Shown here piece by piece: positions 42,501 to 64,000 of a stretch of 64,000 nucleotides of DNA. Source of the DNA: Balanoglossus misakiensis (taxonomy: Eukaryota; Animalia; Hemichordata); assembly GCA_040954595.2 (NCBI GenBank), contig CM082584.2, positions 3,600,110 through 3,664,109 of the forward strand. Direction: 5' to 3'. The stretch's first letter is position 1, and the number at the start of each line of letters is the position of its first letter. The notes beneath the pieces are model-generated. The model made no database searches, had not been told where the DNA came from, and saw only the letters and a list, made by a program, of their open reading frames with translations. The position numbers were made by a program, and so were the translations under genes.

Positions 42501-45500
42501 GGGAGGGGGACACCCCCTCCCACACCCACCCTCGCAACTTTTCTTGTTTTACCAATCCTACCAATTATTGTATTGACTTGTCATTTTAATTTATTCATAA
42601 TTCATTTTTATTGCAACGATATACTATTATATACTTCAATTACTTTACGAAATTTATAATTGAGGTGTGGAAAGCCTCATCACCTGTATTGCATACAGTG
42701 TACATAGGATCAGGACAGCGAATGTTTTCGGCGTAGGGGGGGGGGGTCATCATATTTTGGTCCTGGGTGAAGGGGGGGTCGGCCTGATTTTGAAAACCCA
42801 TGACACAAACTTGCCTCCCCCCCCCAGCCGTAAAAACTAAACGGTCCCTTACAGAGTATGAATTCAAAGTTTACCAATAATTTATCGCAACATACAAGAG
42901 CAACAAAAATGGTTCCCAGATATCCACAAGGCTATGTACAGTCCACACAAGTTCAATTTCCAAATAAACAAGTCAAATATGTACATAAAAAATAAATCAA
43001 TTAATAATATACCTCCGACAGACCCTCCACTTGTCAACTTAATGTTGCACGTGACTTCTGGTGGCTCACGGTTTGAAGCGGCGCTGATGTAATTGCCATA
43101 GTCGTTCTCTGTGATAAACGCTATGGTCAGTGTACTTGTTGTGATGGCTCCTTCCGTTGTCTCGTCGACGCCCTCGTATAAATCAACGTCGTTCTTCGTC
43201 CATGTAAATGTCGGCGCGGGGTTGGCGTCCACGACGCAGGCAAGCGTTACATTGGAACCGACGTCTGCGTACACTTGGGAGCTGGATTTGGCGTATAGAA
43301 CTGAGGGCTTATCTGTCATAAAATGAACAACAGAGAGGTGTCATGGGAAACTCTTTCCCTAGTGGAGGTGGATTGGTAGAAAGGAATGGCGACGAAAGAA
43401 ATCGGGGACTCCCCCCTTCTCTTGATTGACAAATTTTCAATCGTTGTACTACTACTTATACTATTACTAGATACACAGGCAATTTAAAGACCTTCGTCGT
43501 CATCCGAAGGCTTGGTTTGCAAAAAAAATTAAATGTTTTCCTTCAGATAGTATTATACTAATGTAAACATATATGAACGTGTTATAATTCCATCTTTTCT
43601 AGGCAACGTCGCGTTGAGATAAACCCAAAGTTAAACACACACTGTAAATTAAATAAAAGTAGTAAAATGTATATTTGTCAAGATCTGTTCAATGAATACA
43701 GAGTCAAGAACAGTTAACCTTTACTTCTTTTGCCATCGATCACGATATTTAAAAAATATGCAGAAGTGGATTTCTACAAAATATATTATATTGTCACAAC
43801 GAAGCTGGTGCGATACAGAAATGAACTGGATAGATTTTGCGTGAAGGTTTGGCTAGTGTAAATTTTGAAATAAAAATGTCATGCTGATAGTGTTTTTAAT
43901 ACGAACAAGATGGTAACTTACAATATATGTCTAGGTACGTGGTGTCATTACCAATACCAGTCGTGTCGTCATAGTACGTGTTGGTAGCCACGCAAGTGTA
44001 TTCGCCCATCATTTCTTTGCTCAAGCCAGTCATAGCAAGACTACCACCAGCTGATGTTGTCCCATCGACTAAAATCCAACCTATGTCGTTTACGGCCGGG
44101 TTACTTTGGAGCACTTGACATGCAAGGGTCACACTTTCTCCCTCTCCACGGCCAACGATGTTGTCTGCTGTCCGCACAGCCGGGGGATCTAATGGAGAAA
44201 TTTACTAATTTATTTCTCAGCACAGTACCGGCACCTGCTCTTACAAAGGTAACTAAGAGCTGACGGTTGGTTTCATTACATTCGCAAACATTCACTTACA
44301 CTGAACATCCAGATAGAAATCTTTAGAGTCGCTCCCACTTATTCCGTCGAAGAAATTATTGGTCGCCCTGCATTCATAAGTTCCACTCTGACTTCGGGTG
44401 ACATGTTCCAATTGCAATGATCCCGTGTTGCTGACCACAACGCTCCGCAGCCTCCATTGCAGTGAGGCTGTCGGGTTGGCATCGGCAGTGCACGCTCTGT
44501 GAAAACTTCCCCCTTCTACCACCACACCACTGGTTGTTTCAAGAGTCACTTCAGGAGTATCTAATTAATATGATAATAAATCCGAGCATGATTGTTCATC
44601 CCAGATCCTATTAAGCATCATCATCGCAACCACCGCCAACACCACCACTACCACCAGACTATCAACAACATTATTACTCTGCAAATCATATGTCATCTCC
44701 TTTTCTCTGCTCTGGTGTCGTTCGACTTCCTCTTTGCATAATTGATTTTCTCATGAATAATACGAAGCTGTATCACTTTCCCACTGTTAATTGTCATCGC
44801 AAGGCTGGGTACCATTAACAACTGCATGTGCATGTATTCTTGAATAACATGTCAATATTTTTTTGTTAACTATATACCTTCGGTTATTCCTTTATTATGA
44901 AAACTTTCCATTCAACGCTAAGAAGTATAATGTTAACTTACACTGTACGTCAAGTTCAAATGAGTCATCCCCATTTTCACTGGTGTTATCCCAGAAGGTG
45001 TTCTGAGCTCGGCACGTGTATTCCCCACTGTCAGCACGGTCTGCACCATTTATGACTAGCAACGTACCATACCCGACAACAAGGCTGTTCTTCACCCACT
45101 GCACGTTCGCTGTAGGGTTAGCATCTATTATACATTGCTTGGTGTACCTGTCACCCTCCTTTACCGCGTTGTTGCCGTTAGAGACGTCAACATCCGGGGA
45201 ATCTGTTGACGAATGGGTCAGTGGGAAAAGATTATTAGGCCTGAACTCACTTTCTCCAAGTCTTGATAGTCACCATTATCGTGGCCCTTTAATTTAATTT
45301 TACTTATCACAAATTTTATTTTAGAGAACCAAATTTTATTTTTCGAAAGCAAATTTTATTTTTTCCAAGAATAATATTTTAATAAAGATTGATTTTGTCC
45401 AAAATAAACAGTAACAACTTGAGATAAACTTATTCATACTACGTGGATTTTTTTTCTCAAAAAGAAATGTTTTAATTTTTAAAGAAAAAGTTTATTTTGT

Positions 45501-48500
45501 AAAATAACAAATTATTTTTCCCAGGTGAAAATGTTTATTTTACGGAGTTAAATTTTAATTTACATTTAAATAACCTTTAAACACTCGAGATAAAATTATC
45601 TGTACTCGGATTTGTCTGCCTGAGCCGTAGTAGATACAATTTGTAAACATTGCACTGTGGATAGATAGCCATCTCATCTGTTTGTTGGATTTATGTACTC
45701 CTGTAACGTCCTCATGTATGGGAATTGTGGGATAGCTTCATTTCCGCCGCAAAGAAAAAAGTATTTTGCTTTCTGAAAATATATTTTGTCATGCATGTCA
45801 GAGAAAGTCGCACGCCGAAACCTGAATTGCGCCCTCATAACAAAGGTTTGTCAGTAGCAATAGAAAGAACGCTCCCATAAGTTGTGTTACTAGAAATCAG
45901 ATTAAAATATATTTACATCAGTAAAATAAAATTTTCACCAGCTAAAAGTAATGTGTTAATTAGAAAAATTCTTAAAAAATAAATATTTCTTTCCGAAAAT
46001 AAAATAATTCTATGTAGTATAGATAATTTTATCTCAAGTGTTAGAATTTTATTTTGGAAAAAAATCTTAAAATTTTAGTCTCGGAAAAAATAAAATTGGC
46101 TTTCGGAAATTAAACTTTTGTTCTCTAAAATAAGAGTTGTGTAAAGTATAATTAAAGTTTTACTGTCACAATTAAAAGGTTTACTCCACCGAAATTGAAA
46201 TTGTGTGCGTCAAAATTATAGTTGCCTTCACCAAAACTTAAGTTTACTTTTGGGAAAAGATATTGTCTATAATTTTGAAAGTTTAACTTTCAAAATAATA
46301 TTTTAGAATTGACATGAAGGGGCTCTCGTACACCATCACCATGAAAAATAAACTTAAATGAATTTCTGCACTAAACAGTTACTATATCTGCATTTTTGTT
46401 TCTATGAAGACATCGGGTATAAGAGTATGCTTAACGTGAACATGTCACTTACATTGTACATCAACAAAAATCGATGTAGTATTCGAAGCGATGACTCCAT
46501 TCCAAAATGTGTTTGTTGCCGTGCAGGTGAAGTTTCCGTGGTCGTCACGTGACACAGGATCGAAACTTAGCCATTCGTCAGTGGAACCGCTATTCCAGTT
46601 AATATCATCGACGTCCGGGTTCCCTTCAACTACCACACATTCCACGGTGATGTCGTCACCTTCGATTACCTGACCGTTCGCACTTGTGTATCCTGTGATT
46701 CTGGTGTCAAGCTCAGGGCCATCTGCAAAGAGTTTATATTGGGTGTAGCATGCCTGATCTACCCGTACAACGTTTCAAAGGGATTCTCGACTCTGTGTCT
46801 CAGTTTTTTCTCACTGCTTTAGAATTTCATTACACAAAAGAAGCTCAGTGTTATTTTGAGGTTGCATTCAGATACACGCGACAATACAAATGTACTTTTT
46901 AGTGCTTTATCAGTTGACGTTACTTGGTATCTACGGATATGTAACACACGACGCATATTGGCAAATAGATCGATACTTTTTTAGAGTGCTTAAAGTTGTA
47001 TTGCATGATTTACAGCAAAAAGGTCATGCCATTACAAATTGCAAAAACATATCCCACCAAAAGAATGGAAAATAGATCCCGCCCTGACCTTTCTTCCTTC
47101 TGTAGTTTTTTAACAAAAACATCAAATGTTAGGCAGTATACTTTGTTGGTTGCTTGATAAAAACATTCCAAATCTTGCACATTTCAATAGAATGTGGGAC
47201 AGAGGTGAGAGGTTAAACGCCAACACACTACCAAACGCAAGAGGAAACAGACTTGAAAGCACAAGCGGATATCTATAAATCTCAATTAATCAATGATTGA
47301 TAAACCGACCTGTCAATTTATAAAGTGTTGAAGTACATGTACATGCAATAAATGCATAAATACATACCGTATACATGCAAACTTACATTGTACATCCATG
47401 GTCAAGTTCTGTTCACAGGCCAGTGTTATTGATACATCGATAAAGTAACACTTGAAAACATCACCGCGGTTGGTTCGGTCCAGTGTTGTTGTATATGTAA
47501 TTGTTGTGTCGTCGGTTCGGGCTACCTCTTGGTTGTTTTGCAACCAGACAAGCGAACCCGGCGCGCCCTCTGTCAGATCTACGGAGCAGTTGAAGACAGC
47601 TATATCCACGCCCTCGATGACGCTCGTTCCCGGGGTAACCTGGCAACTTGGTGTTTCTGTGCAAAATAGCCAAAAGACATAATTCAACACATTACATTTT
47701 AAATGATTGCTGGCAGGAACGTCCATGTCCTGACACAACCAGGCCTACATACACTCAAACACACTGATAGAGAAAGACTGAAAAAATGTTAAAAATAAAC
47801 CTGGTATACACCATAGCACTCCACTCAAAAACATGATCTGATCTTACAGTTACTGTGGGTGTGTAGCCCTACATATTCTTTGACATGTATCACGCCCAAC
47901 ACCCAAGGGGATAGTAACAGTACAGCCAGCATTAATGTATACGAGCATTTCCACTGATCTGATTGTGCGGTCCGCTGTGTATACTCACCCAACACATATA
48001 GATTAGCCTCAGCCGTCAAGCCAGTTTCGTTCACGCTGCATTTATACGAAGCTGATAAACTGTTTAAGACATTCGCTATGTACAGGTGAAACTCCCCTTG
48101 TGAATGGTCGCCGGTGATTTCATATGTGTCGTAGTATGTCTCGTTACCGAATGAAATTTGCTCATACTGAGAGTCGAATTTTGCAGACCATGTTATAGTT
48201 ATATTTGAGTCGGTTATACTGCAGTTAAATTGTGCGGGCGACCCAACCAACACCAATGTGTCTACTGGCGTTTCTCGAAAACTTGTCTGTGACTGACCTG
48301 CAATTATCATACACAGAAATATATGTATAGAATATTTAATATCAGTTCTGTCACAACTGAATGTTATTGTACAGGTACTAATTATTTCAATCAAAATCCA
48401 ATAACCTGGTACTTGTGGAGTTCCTTATACAGGGAACTGTATTTACTTCCCCCTTTCAATTGAGTTTTATTACTTCCGGTTCATGTGCGCAATCCAATAC

Positions 48501-49216
48501 TTTCGCCTGTCGAGCCGTGTTGAATGTCTCTGCTTTCAACTCACATCTCCACGGTTCATAATTGTGCATAATGGTTTAGGGAAGTTGTGTGAATGTATTT
48601 TGTGCAAGAGTGACCGTGGTAGGGCCAACAATGAAGGCATTTCATAAACACGTGCTGTTTTCTCGCCTTGACTTCTTCTTCAGAGAAATCAACTTCGTAA
48701 TTTAAATGGTACAGTTATGATATTTACCCTGGCAGACTTAACACATGTTATTTAAATTAAATCTCGTAAACCTGGACACATGAGTATGCAGGGGCAGGTT
48801 ATTAATTCCTTCCAGTTATTTTCTAAACTTTCACTTCAATAAATTTTGGATACATTGCACCCACAATCAAATGTACAGTCAATCATCCAACAAAACTGTA
48901 GACTTTCAACAGTAGCAATTGAAAAATTACACATTCGTCAAGGTACTTGCACAATTATGGTGGAATGAATGCGTTATTGGGATTTTAAGAAAACTTATTG
49001 AATTGTGAAATATTTAGTATGAAATATGAAATTTACCTATCCAGTTCCTGGAATAAATCGTGTTGAAATGGACCTTCAATATTTATACCATGCATGACTG
49101 ACTGTCAGGGGCAAAACACCTATTAAATTTTTGAGCTCAGCGACCAGACAATGGTACTTACAGTTGATGTGTATAAGGAATCCAATGGAAGCCAGGAGAG
49201 AGATTCGCAGAAGCAT
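37440..49216 (-). CDS. Gene C: 7-Ig receptor tyrosine pseudokinase (FGFR/Ret/Tie-like kinase fold, catalytic residues lost)
   Basis: Leader 49216-49162 ([18 protein letters not shown]). Ig exons 48297-47989, 47656-47387, 46722-46453, 45202-44942, 44560-44300, 44188-43922, 43312-43013. TM 42170-42079. Juxtamembrane exons 41874-41818, 41071-41009, 40682-40620. Kinase exons 40190-39968 (GEGSFG, VAVK), 39779-39669, 39411-39224, 39005-38889 ([14 protein letters not shown]), 38572-38461 (WMAPE, DVWSFG), 38194-38095, 37871-37772. Last exon 37517-37440 (VYIDI...EKC*). All phases compatible. Confidence 0.9.
38730..38842. repeat. (GAAT)n/(GAAC)n compound microsatellite
   Basis: Directly visible. Confidence 0.92.
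39534..39595. repeat. (GTT)n microsatellite
   Basis: Directly visible. Confidence 0.93.
40605..41280 (-). repeat. ~390-bp tandem duplication carrying one 63-nt coding exon per unit
   Basis: Exons 40620-40682 and 41009-41071 plus similar flanking intron (gattttgc.gag.ggttt..tgtagcaacagacc at ~40810 and ~41173). Confidence 0.85.
41352..41674. mobile_element. MITE, copy 2 (gene C intron)
   Basis: Same family as 25700-26048; shares ggtcaaatcacattgcattctgggcgaaaagtcgacaacccactg and the inverted ends. Confidence 0.8.
42243..42848. mobile_element. PIF/Harbinger-type (Tourist-like) MITE
   Basis: TIRs gggaccgttcagtttttacggc / gccgtaaaaactaaacggtccc, flanked by TTA on both sides (3-bp target duplication). 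Confidence 0.88.
45292..46157. mobile_element. AT-rich foldback element with long imperfect inverted arms
   Basis: Left arm (ttattttagagaac, tttcgaaagc, acttgagataaa, atactacgt) is mirrored in the right arm (atgtagtat, tttatctcaagt, gctttcggaaa, gttctctaaaataa). Confidence 0.75.
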
Positions 49217-50049
49217 TTTGAAGTGGCACCAGTCGGCTTTCTCTCAGAAGCTGGGCCTAAAAACAATATCGTTTGGCCACAGGGTCTGTAAACATGTGTG
49301 AAAAACAATAATCAGATATTTATCTGTAACAATGCATGCATCGAAACAGAGGACTTAAAATTAATTAACCTGTTCTATTTCCTCATACACATCCTCTTGG
49401 TATTACTTGATACTGAGACCTTACATGACCTACCATGCGTCAAATGATGCCTTGGGTTTTTTATGTGATTTTTCTTCTGTGATACGACATTTAAAAACAG
49501 TTTTATCACCCAAATGACGAGCACCTAGAAACCTACTTGCCGTATGGTCAAAACTGGTTCGCCTGCACTCAGCGATGTGGTTCACTGAAGTGGCCTGCTA
49601 TACCTGCCGTGCCATTCTGAATTCTTCCGGTTAATGTAAAACTCTTGTTAAGTGAAGACAATGAAATATATACTTACGATAGTGTCATCAATGGCCGACC
49701 TTGCATCACCTTCTTCAGAAACTTTGGGTAGAATCAGTGGGAAAACAACTGAAAATAGGCGGCCTGTTGAGCTTGGGACACAGATTCTGAAGTTGTCACG
49801 TCTTTCTGTTTGTTGCACTCTGTGTCATGCCTAAGAGGGTCAGAGGTCATCTATTACTTAAATGACGGAATGCGTGGTGGTAGTGTCAATAGAAAGACGA
49901 CGTGATACTTACCACGCACTGAATGAAAATGGCCGAAGGGCTTGCCCAAGAAAATGCGAAAATATTTGTATATACCCGGGTATGTCTCGAATTTAACCAA
50001 ACTCTCGACGGGGTTATCGTTTAAACATATAACTGAAAGTGATACACTC

Positions 50050-50348
50050 GCTTATGACGGTAAGCTCAGCAGAGGTCCTATCACTTACTGGACGTTGTAC
50101 CTTCAAAGCCTGTCGTGATATTGGAAATATGCAGATTAAACTCTTGTGATTGATTTCCAACGATGGTGTAGCCTTCCCTAAAAATTTCACCATTTTCGCT
50201 AATTTGATGATCATAATCTGTGTTGTCAATATACCATCCTCCAATGGCAAGGTCAACAGCAGAGCAATTTAATTTTGTATCAAATCCTTCTACTGCATGT
50301 GTGTTGATTGGAGTCTCTGTAAATCTTCCTTCCATATGATTGCCAAAC
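50050..50348 (-). pseudogene. Frameshifted orphan V-type Ig exon related to the N-terminal domain of gene C
   Basis: RFTETPINTHAVEGFDTKLNCS..W..QISENGEIF..YTIVGNQSQEFNLHISNI resembles gene C domain 1 ([40 protein letters not shown]). YxC is missing, the G strand (SAELTVI) is in another frame, and the donor reads gcgagt. Confidence 0.75.
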
Positions 50349-50927
50349 CTGTCAAAGTGGAATAATTTTGTAGTAAACTTAGCTCCATGATTTTTTGTGT
50401 ACATTAATATTGATTAAACATGTTGCAGTTAGGTCAGTAGATCACATAACACTATAACATCTCAAGAAAACGAAACCTTTAACCAGTGGTTGTAGTTTGT
50501 GTTTTCTTGTACTCACATTGACTTCTAAATTTGATACCAGTCTGGCCTTTACACATTTACCTTATTTACCTGGATTTTTGCCGCCATGGTTAAATGCAAG
50601 GGCGACAATGGGCCGATTCACAAAGTGTTCCTCTTTTTGTTTTCAAAATGGCATGTTGTTCTTGTCGGATAATCTGAAAGTAAGAGATTGGATTTGAAAA
50701 CTGTTCATTGAACTTGTATTAAATACAAAATTATGCCGTAGCAGTATCAATCCTGGCTGACTGTCTATTTTAGAGCATTTCATAAGAGAATACTAGCCAC
50801 TTCAACATACTGTGACTTAGTTGAAAAAAACTGAACAAAAACACAGAGGAGAATGTTAAAAGTTCCTTTTCCTTAAATACATGTACTCATTACATAAAAC
50901 ATAAAAACATTTAAACAAATGGTTTTA

Positions 50928-53608
50928 TTACATTTTCAATTTACTTTGGTGTAAAATGTATTGGTCGACAGGGTCTCCCTGAACATTGAACAAAATCATG
51001 GTGATGGTGTGATTGTAAACTAAAAGGTCGCCCATATGCAGTTGAGTGCAAAGTGAGTTATTCTTAAAACTATACAGTCCAACTGCAGTCATCCATTCCT
51101 GATGTGCTGTCCCTAATTTTTTTCTAATCAGGAACAATTCCGTTTCATTTTTAATATGTGTGTCAAAATTCGGTTGACCCCAAGCATCGATGATCTGAAA
51201 GATTTGAGCTGAATATGTCACTGCTCCCCCACGAGGCAGTTACGAGAAATTCTGAGTCTGTAAGGTCAGATATATTGCATGCATGCATTTCATCTGAAGG
51301 AAAACTCTATGGACGGTATACAGCTGTAAGTTTGGCCCCATAAGAAGACTATCACAAGATGTTGAAGAGTCACTGGATGTGTTTGTTAATGTTTCTGATA
51401 ACAGTCTGCTTTACACTAAAATTAGGTGAGTCTTGCAAGTGCAAGTCACCGATACCGGTGGATTGCACAATGTGAGTTCATTAATGCTTGTTCTCTATCT
51501 TCAACGTTTTATTCGCTATTAAGTCTTGGCCTTTTCCTAGGAGAGACAGAAGCAACCGACAGAAGCAATAACTGGTCAAAACACTATCACTGTTATGTCT
51601 TTCATGTGCCACACAAATCACCGTGAAAATTCAAATTGTACAAGAGATTCATACTCTTAATTTTGTCGAATTATACCTGGGCGGAGGTGTACCAAAAAAT
51701 AAACTGGGATTTTACATTGAATGTATATTTAATCAATGCCATCAGTAAGTTCATTAAAACGAACCATTCTAAGTTTGAAAGCAAAAAAACGTGAACAATA
51801 ATGCAAAAATGGACATAGGGCTCTAAAGTTTCCTCGCCCATGCCAATTTCGAAAGGAGACCTTAGATCCCGTACTGCACCGGCGGACTTACCTCATTTCC
51901 TTCCTTTCCTATCTGAGAAACATTTCCCAATCTCGTCCAATCCACTCGATCTTTAAATAAAATGTCACCAATACCAGCATTCTGAACAGACACAGACAGA
52001 GAGGGGCAGAGGCAGACAGACAGACAGGCATGCATGCAGTCGGACAGACAGACACACAGACAGACACAGACAGACACACAGATAGACAGACACATCAACA
52101 AACAAATTTAGTGAAGAGCAGCACCCGGAAGCATGAGGCATTTTGAGTGTACTTCATAACACCAAATAGGCAGCGAAGAGGAAAACTTGCCCTCGCCACG
52201 GTCTACGTGCCACAGCGACACGAGTACTTCACACGACTCGGAGACGTACAAGGGCGTGACGAGAAGGCGATATTTTCCGTGTTGTCGGTTCCCCGTAACA
52301 TACAATGCAGCTATACCTGTTGACCACTCATGCGTGTGACCGGATGCTTAAGATTGACTACACCATCTTGTGAAATTGAAGTGAAAATATTCGAAGATGC
52401 ATCCCATCCTTATTAAACCAACATTTTTTGAGGAAGCAAGTAATTTGACGAAAACGTCAATATCATCAACCAATTCGCCACCCACCCATCATCGTCCACT
52501 CAAACGGGTCGTTAGCGCCACCACAGTCTCCCACTAATTTTCGGCTAGAAAAAAAAACAATCGTGGTGGGCGAAAATGTGCAACCATCTAATAATACGCG
52601 CTGACAAAACACCGGGAAATTTAAAGGCTTACCTCGGGAACATAAACTGTAACGTGACGCAATTCAGAACCGCACCCCGAAATGCCTTCCTCGCAGTTTC
52701 TGAAATAATTCATAGAATTGTCTCTAATCTGTTTCAATTTCATTGTAGTTTACGTACACGCTACTGGCAGTTCTCAAGTTCAATTATGTTTTGGTGTACA
52801 CTTAGATTATTAATTAAGGAAACTCTGATGGGGCACAGTCTTGTGCCCGTAAGATTTCAAAAAGGTTGGAATTTGAACTATGTCAAGGTTTCCTGATTTC
52901 TTGGTTTCGCCCAAATGTTGACTCTATGTTGTTGCTTTTATGGCCGTGCTCGTCTGCACGAGAGAATCTCAATTGTCTGTTCGCAATTGTATATTAGAGG
53001 AAAGTGGGGACAGTGAAAATCGTGAATGTCAATGGTATTGTATTCCTCGTACCAAATGTAACGATGAAAAATGTAGTTGAATTTTTCGCCTTATCACTTT
53101 CACATAAATGACTTTTAGGCCTTTAGAATACCCACAAATACAAATGTCAATATATAACGATGATATCGCTTCCGTTTTCTGACTTGTCTGGAAAGTTAAG
53201 GACCTAAAATTGCATTTAACGACAATGAAACATGACAAATATCGTAGCAAGCAAGGAATGCATAATTTCTCTATTTAATAACGGCGACATGTATAGTATT
53301 ATGAAAGCGTCACTTAAATTGGAAAGAAGAAATGTTCCATGGAACTGCCAAATCATATCAATCTGATTAAAATCAGATGTAGGGAACGGCGATGTGTTTT
53401 TTTATGCTGTCGCAGCATAAAAAACACGTCGCCGTTCCCTACATCTGATTTTAATCAGATAGCTTACATATGTGCCTTGTGGTGTCCGGAGTGAACAAAC
53501 ACTTACCAGTTCTGTTGAGTTCATTAATTCCGACCACTTCCTTGCCACCACCAGTTGTTGAAGGCAGATCAAAAGCAAACACATTATAATCATGTCAGTC
53601 GCCTCCAT
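50928..53608 (-). pseudogene. Probable decayed gene for a secreted protein of unknown family
   Basis: Signal-peptide-like exon 53608-53507 (MEATDMIIMCLLLICLQQLVVA...|gtaagt). Clean 90-nt phase-0 exon 51981-51892 (NAGIGDILFKDRVDWTRLGNVSQIGKEGNE). Next acceptor near 51257 reads TQNFS*LPRGGAVTYSAQIF..., an in-frame stop ahead of a 97-aa ORF. No family recognised. Confidence 0.35.
53361..53460. repeat. Near-perfect 100-bp palindrome/hairpin
   Basis: atctgattaaaatcagatgtagggaacggcga...tatgctg-tcg-cagcata...tcgccgttccctacatctgattttaatcagat. Confidence 0.92.
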
Positions 53609-55074
53609 GTTAAACCTGCCTCCAAAACTTTTCTTCAGCAGTCGCTGTGTCGCGAAATGTGGCTTGTACAGGCAGGCTGGGTCGTCGAATCAGCCATCAC
53701 GAGTCCGGCGACCGAGACTGCGCAAACTTATCGCATGATGCAACAGCCTTGTCTGGTTTCCTGGCCCGTAGAGGGCGTGGGGCATTACGAGGAAACAACC
53801 ATGACCATGATGACACCCAGAGAAGATTTTCTGCCCCAGGTAGACATAAAATACTAGTAACTGACCTATTGTGCGACGAGACATGGAAATGTGACTATAA
53901 AAGCAATTAGCTGGTCGGTCGCATTGTTACGATCTGTATAAAGGTGAAACATGAATACAGAGGTCAATCAGAGCCTAGGCATATCAACGTAATAAAGATT
54001 ATGTTATTAAAGTGATACTAAATTATATTCTACGTACAAAAAAGTAAAAAAGAAATCTTCTTTTACCTATTTAAATCCTTTATTGTCACACAACAAAAGA
54101 TGATACAGAAAGTAAATTACCACAACTCAACGCTAAAACGACGTGTACTCATAGGTTTTTTACATAATTAAGTTTCATAACTTCGTTGAATACTGTTTTT
54201 CTTTCTGAATAATACATTTCATTATCATAAGTTCGTCAGCAAAATATTTGGCTGTACAATTAATTTATATTAGCTGCCCTAGCAAATGGGGCCAACATCA
54301 TCAGCAAATTTAACAAATTGCACCGTCTGTACAGAGTTTTGTATCCAAACATTATATGATGCCACATAAATGTGATATTGACTTTTAACACCTCGTTGAC
54401 AACTTCACAAGAAACATTTCCAAAATATTCTTAAGCGTAAGCATTCGAAAAGGAAGTAACCGCGTGCCCTCAATTTTGTTTCTTTTCTTTCTTTGTGGCA
54501 AGCCGATACTGAAATATGGGTAAAACTCCGAAATGTGCCGAAGGGTGTACTGCGTTAACATATTTCTGAATTTTAAGTCATTCGTTCAGTAGTGTGTCCG
54601 AATCTAATTAATAACATCACAATTTCTACAGCTGTCAAAAGGGAAATATTGTAAAACATGTATAGCTTTGTTTCGCTTGCAAAACTAATATTTAAACATG
54701 AATAAACATAATATTCATTATAAACAACTTTATAGGAGCATGTAACTAATATTTTAGACTGTCAGCACTCGCTCACGCCTTCTTTGTCTTTCGTCGCCGG
54801 CGCTATCTTGGGCAGCAAAGCGCGGAAGGTGCGCGACCTCTGGGTAGCTGCGACATCGAGCGTCGACTACGCAAGCCGCACGAAACAGTGGTCAACAAGG
54901 CACAACCTGCCGTCGACAGTCTACTAATATTTTGATCAAATGTGAACTGAATGAGCTCCCATTTTCGGCGAAATGATGTCAAAAATGTAACATGTAACAT
55001 AGAAGGCATTTCGGTTTCTCTTTACGTCTTTTTGAAAACTACCAGACGGAAAAAAACATGTGTGACGTCGAATT

Positions 55075-63903
<8,829 letters not shown>

Positions 63904-64000
63904 CTAAACGAGGAAAAAGAAATGGTACTGTCACAAAAGTGTGTTTTACGGCGAACCTGTACGTGCATGCCTATTTTATGGATGTCCCCCCCCCCTCCCA

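Noticed and set aside
6656-48297. Siglec/sialoadhesin or hemicentin identity for the Ig arrays
   Set aside because: The V domains lack the F-strand Arg after YxC needed by Siglecs (YTCG, YECE, YKCS). There are no vWA, TSP1 or G2F domains, and a TM is present, unlike hemicentin.
37440-49216. Assigning gene C as VEGFR or PTK7 because it has 7 Ig domains
   Set aside because: No long VEGFR-type kinase insert, the motif substitutions differ from PTK7, and the Ig domains match the local A/B family.

Overview
Eukaryotic, intron-rich, AT-rich animal DNA. A marine invertebrate deuterostome such as a hemichordate or echinoderm is my inference from gene and repeat style, not a database result. The window holds a cell-surface receptor cluster, reconstructed by hand from GT-AG boundaries and intron phases. 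Gene A (+, ~6226-13986): signal peptide, 12 Ig exons, TM, short tail. Gene B (+, 17458-34698): paralogue of A with 25 intact Ig exons, one decayed exon, TM and a tail with Tyr motifs and a PDZ-like end. Gene C (-, 37440-49216): converges on B; 7 Ig domains of the same subfamily fused to a tyrosine pseudokinase (HRD>HGE, N>S, DFG>NIG) with duplicated YxxL micro-exons. A decayed region lies at ~49.7-53.6 kb. Gene D (-, 55075 to beyond 63903): catalytically intact Ig/EGF Tie-like RTK, 5' end not identified in the window. MITEs, a HINE-like element, hairpins and microsatellites fill the introns. The main hypothesis is a paired-receptor module: kinase-less length-variable receptors, a related dead-kinase receptor and an active RTK.
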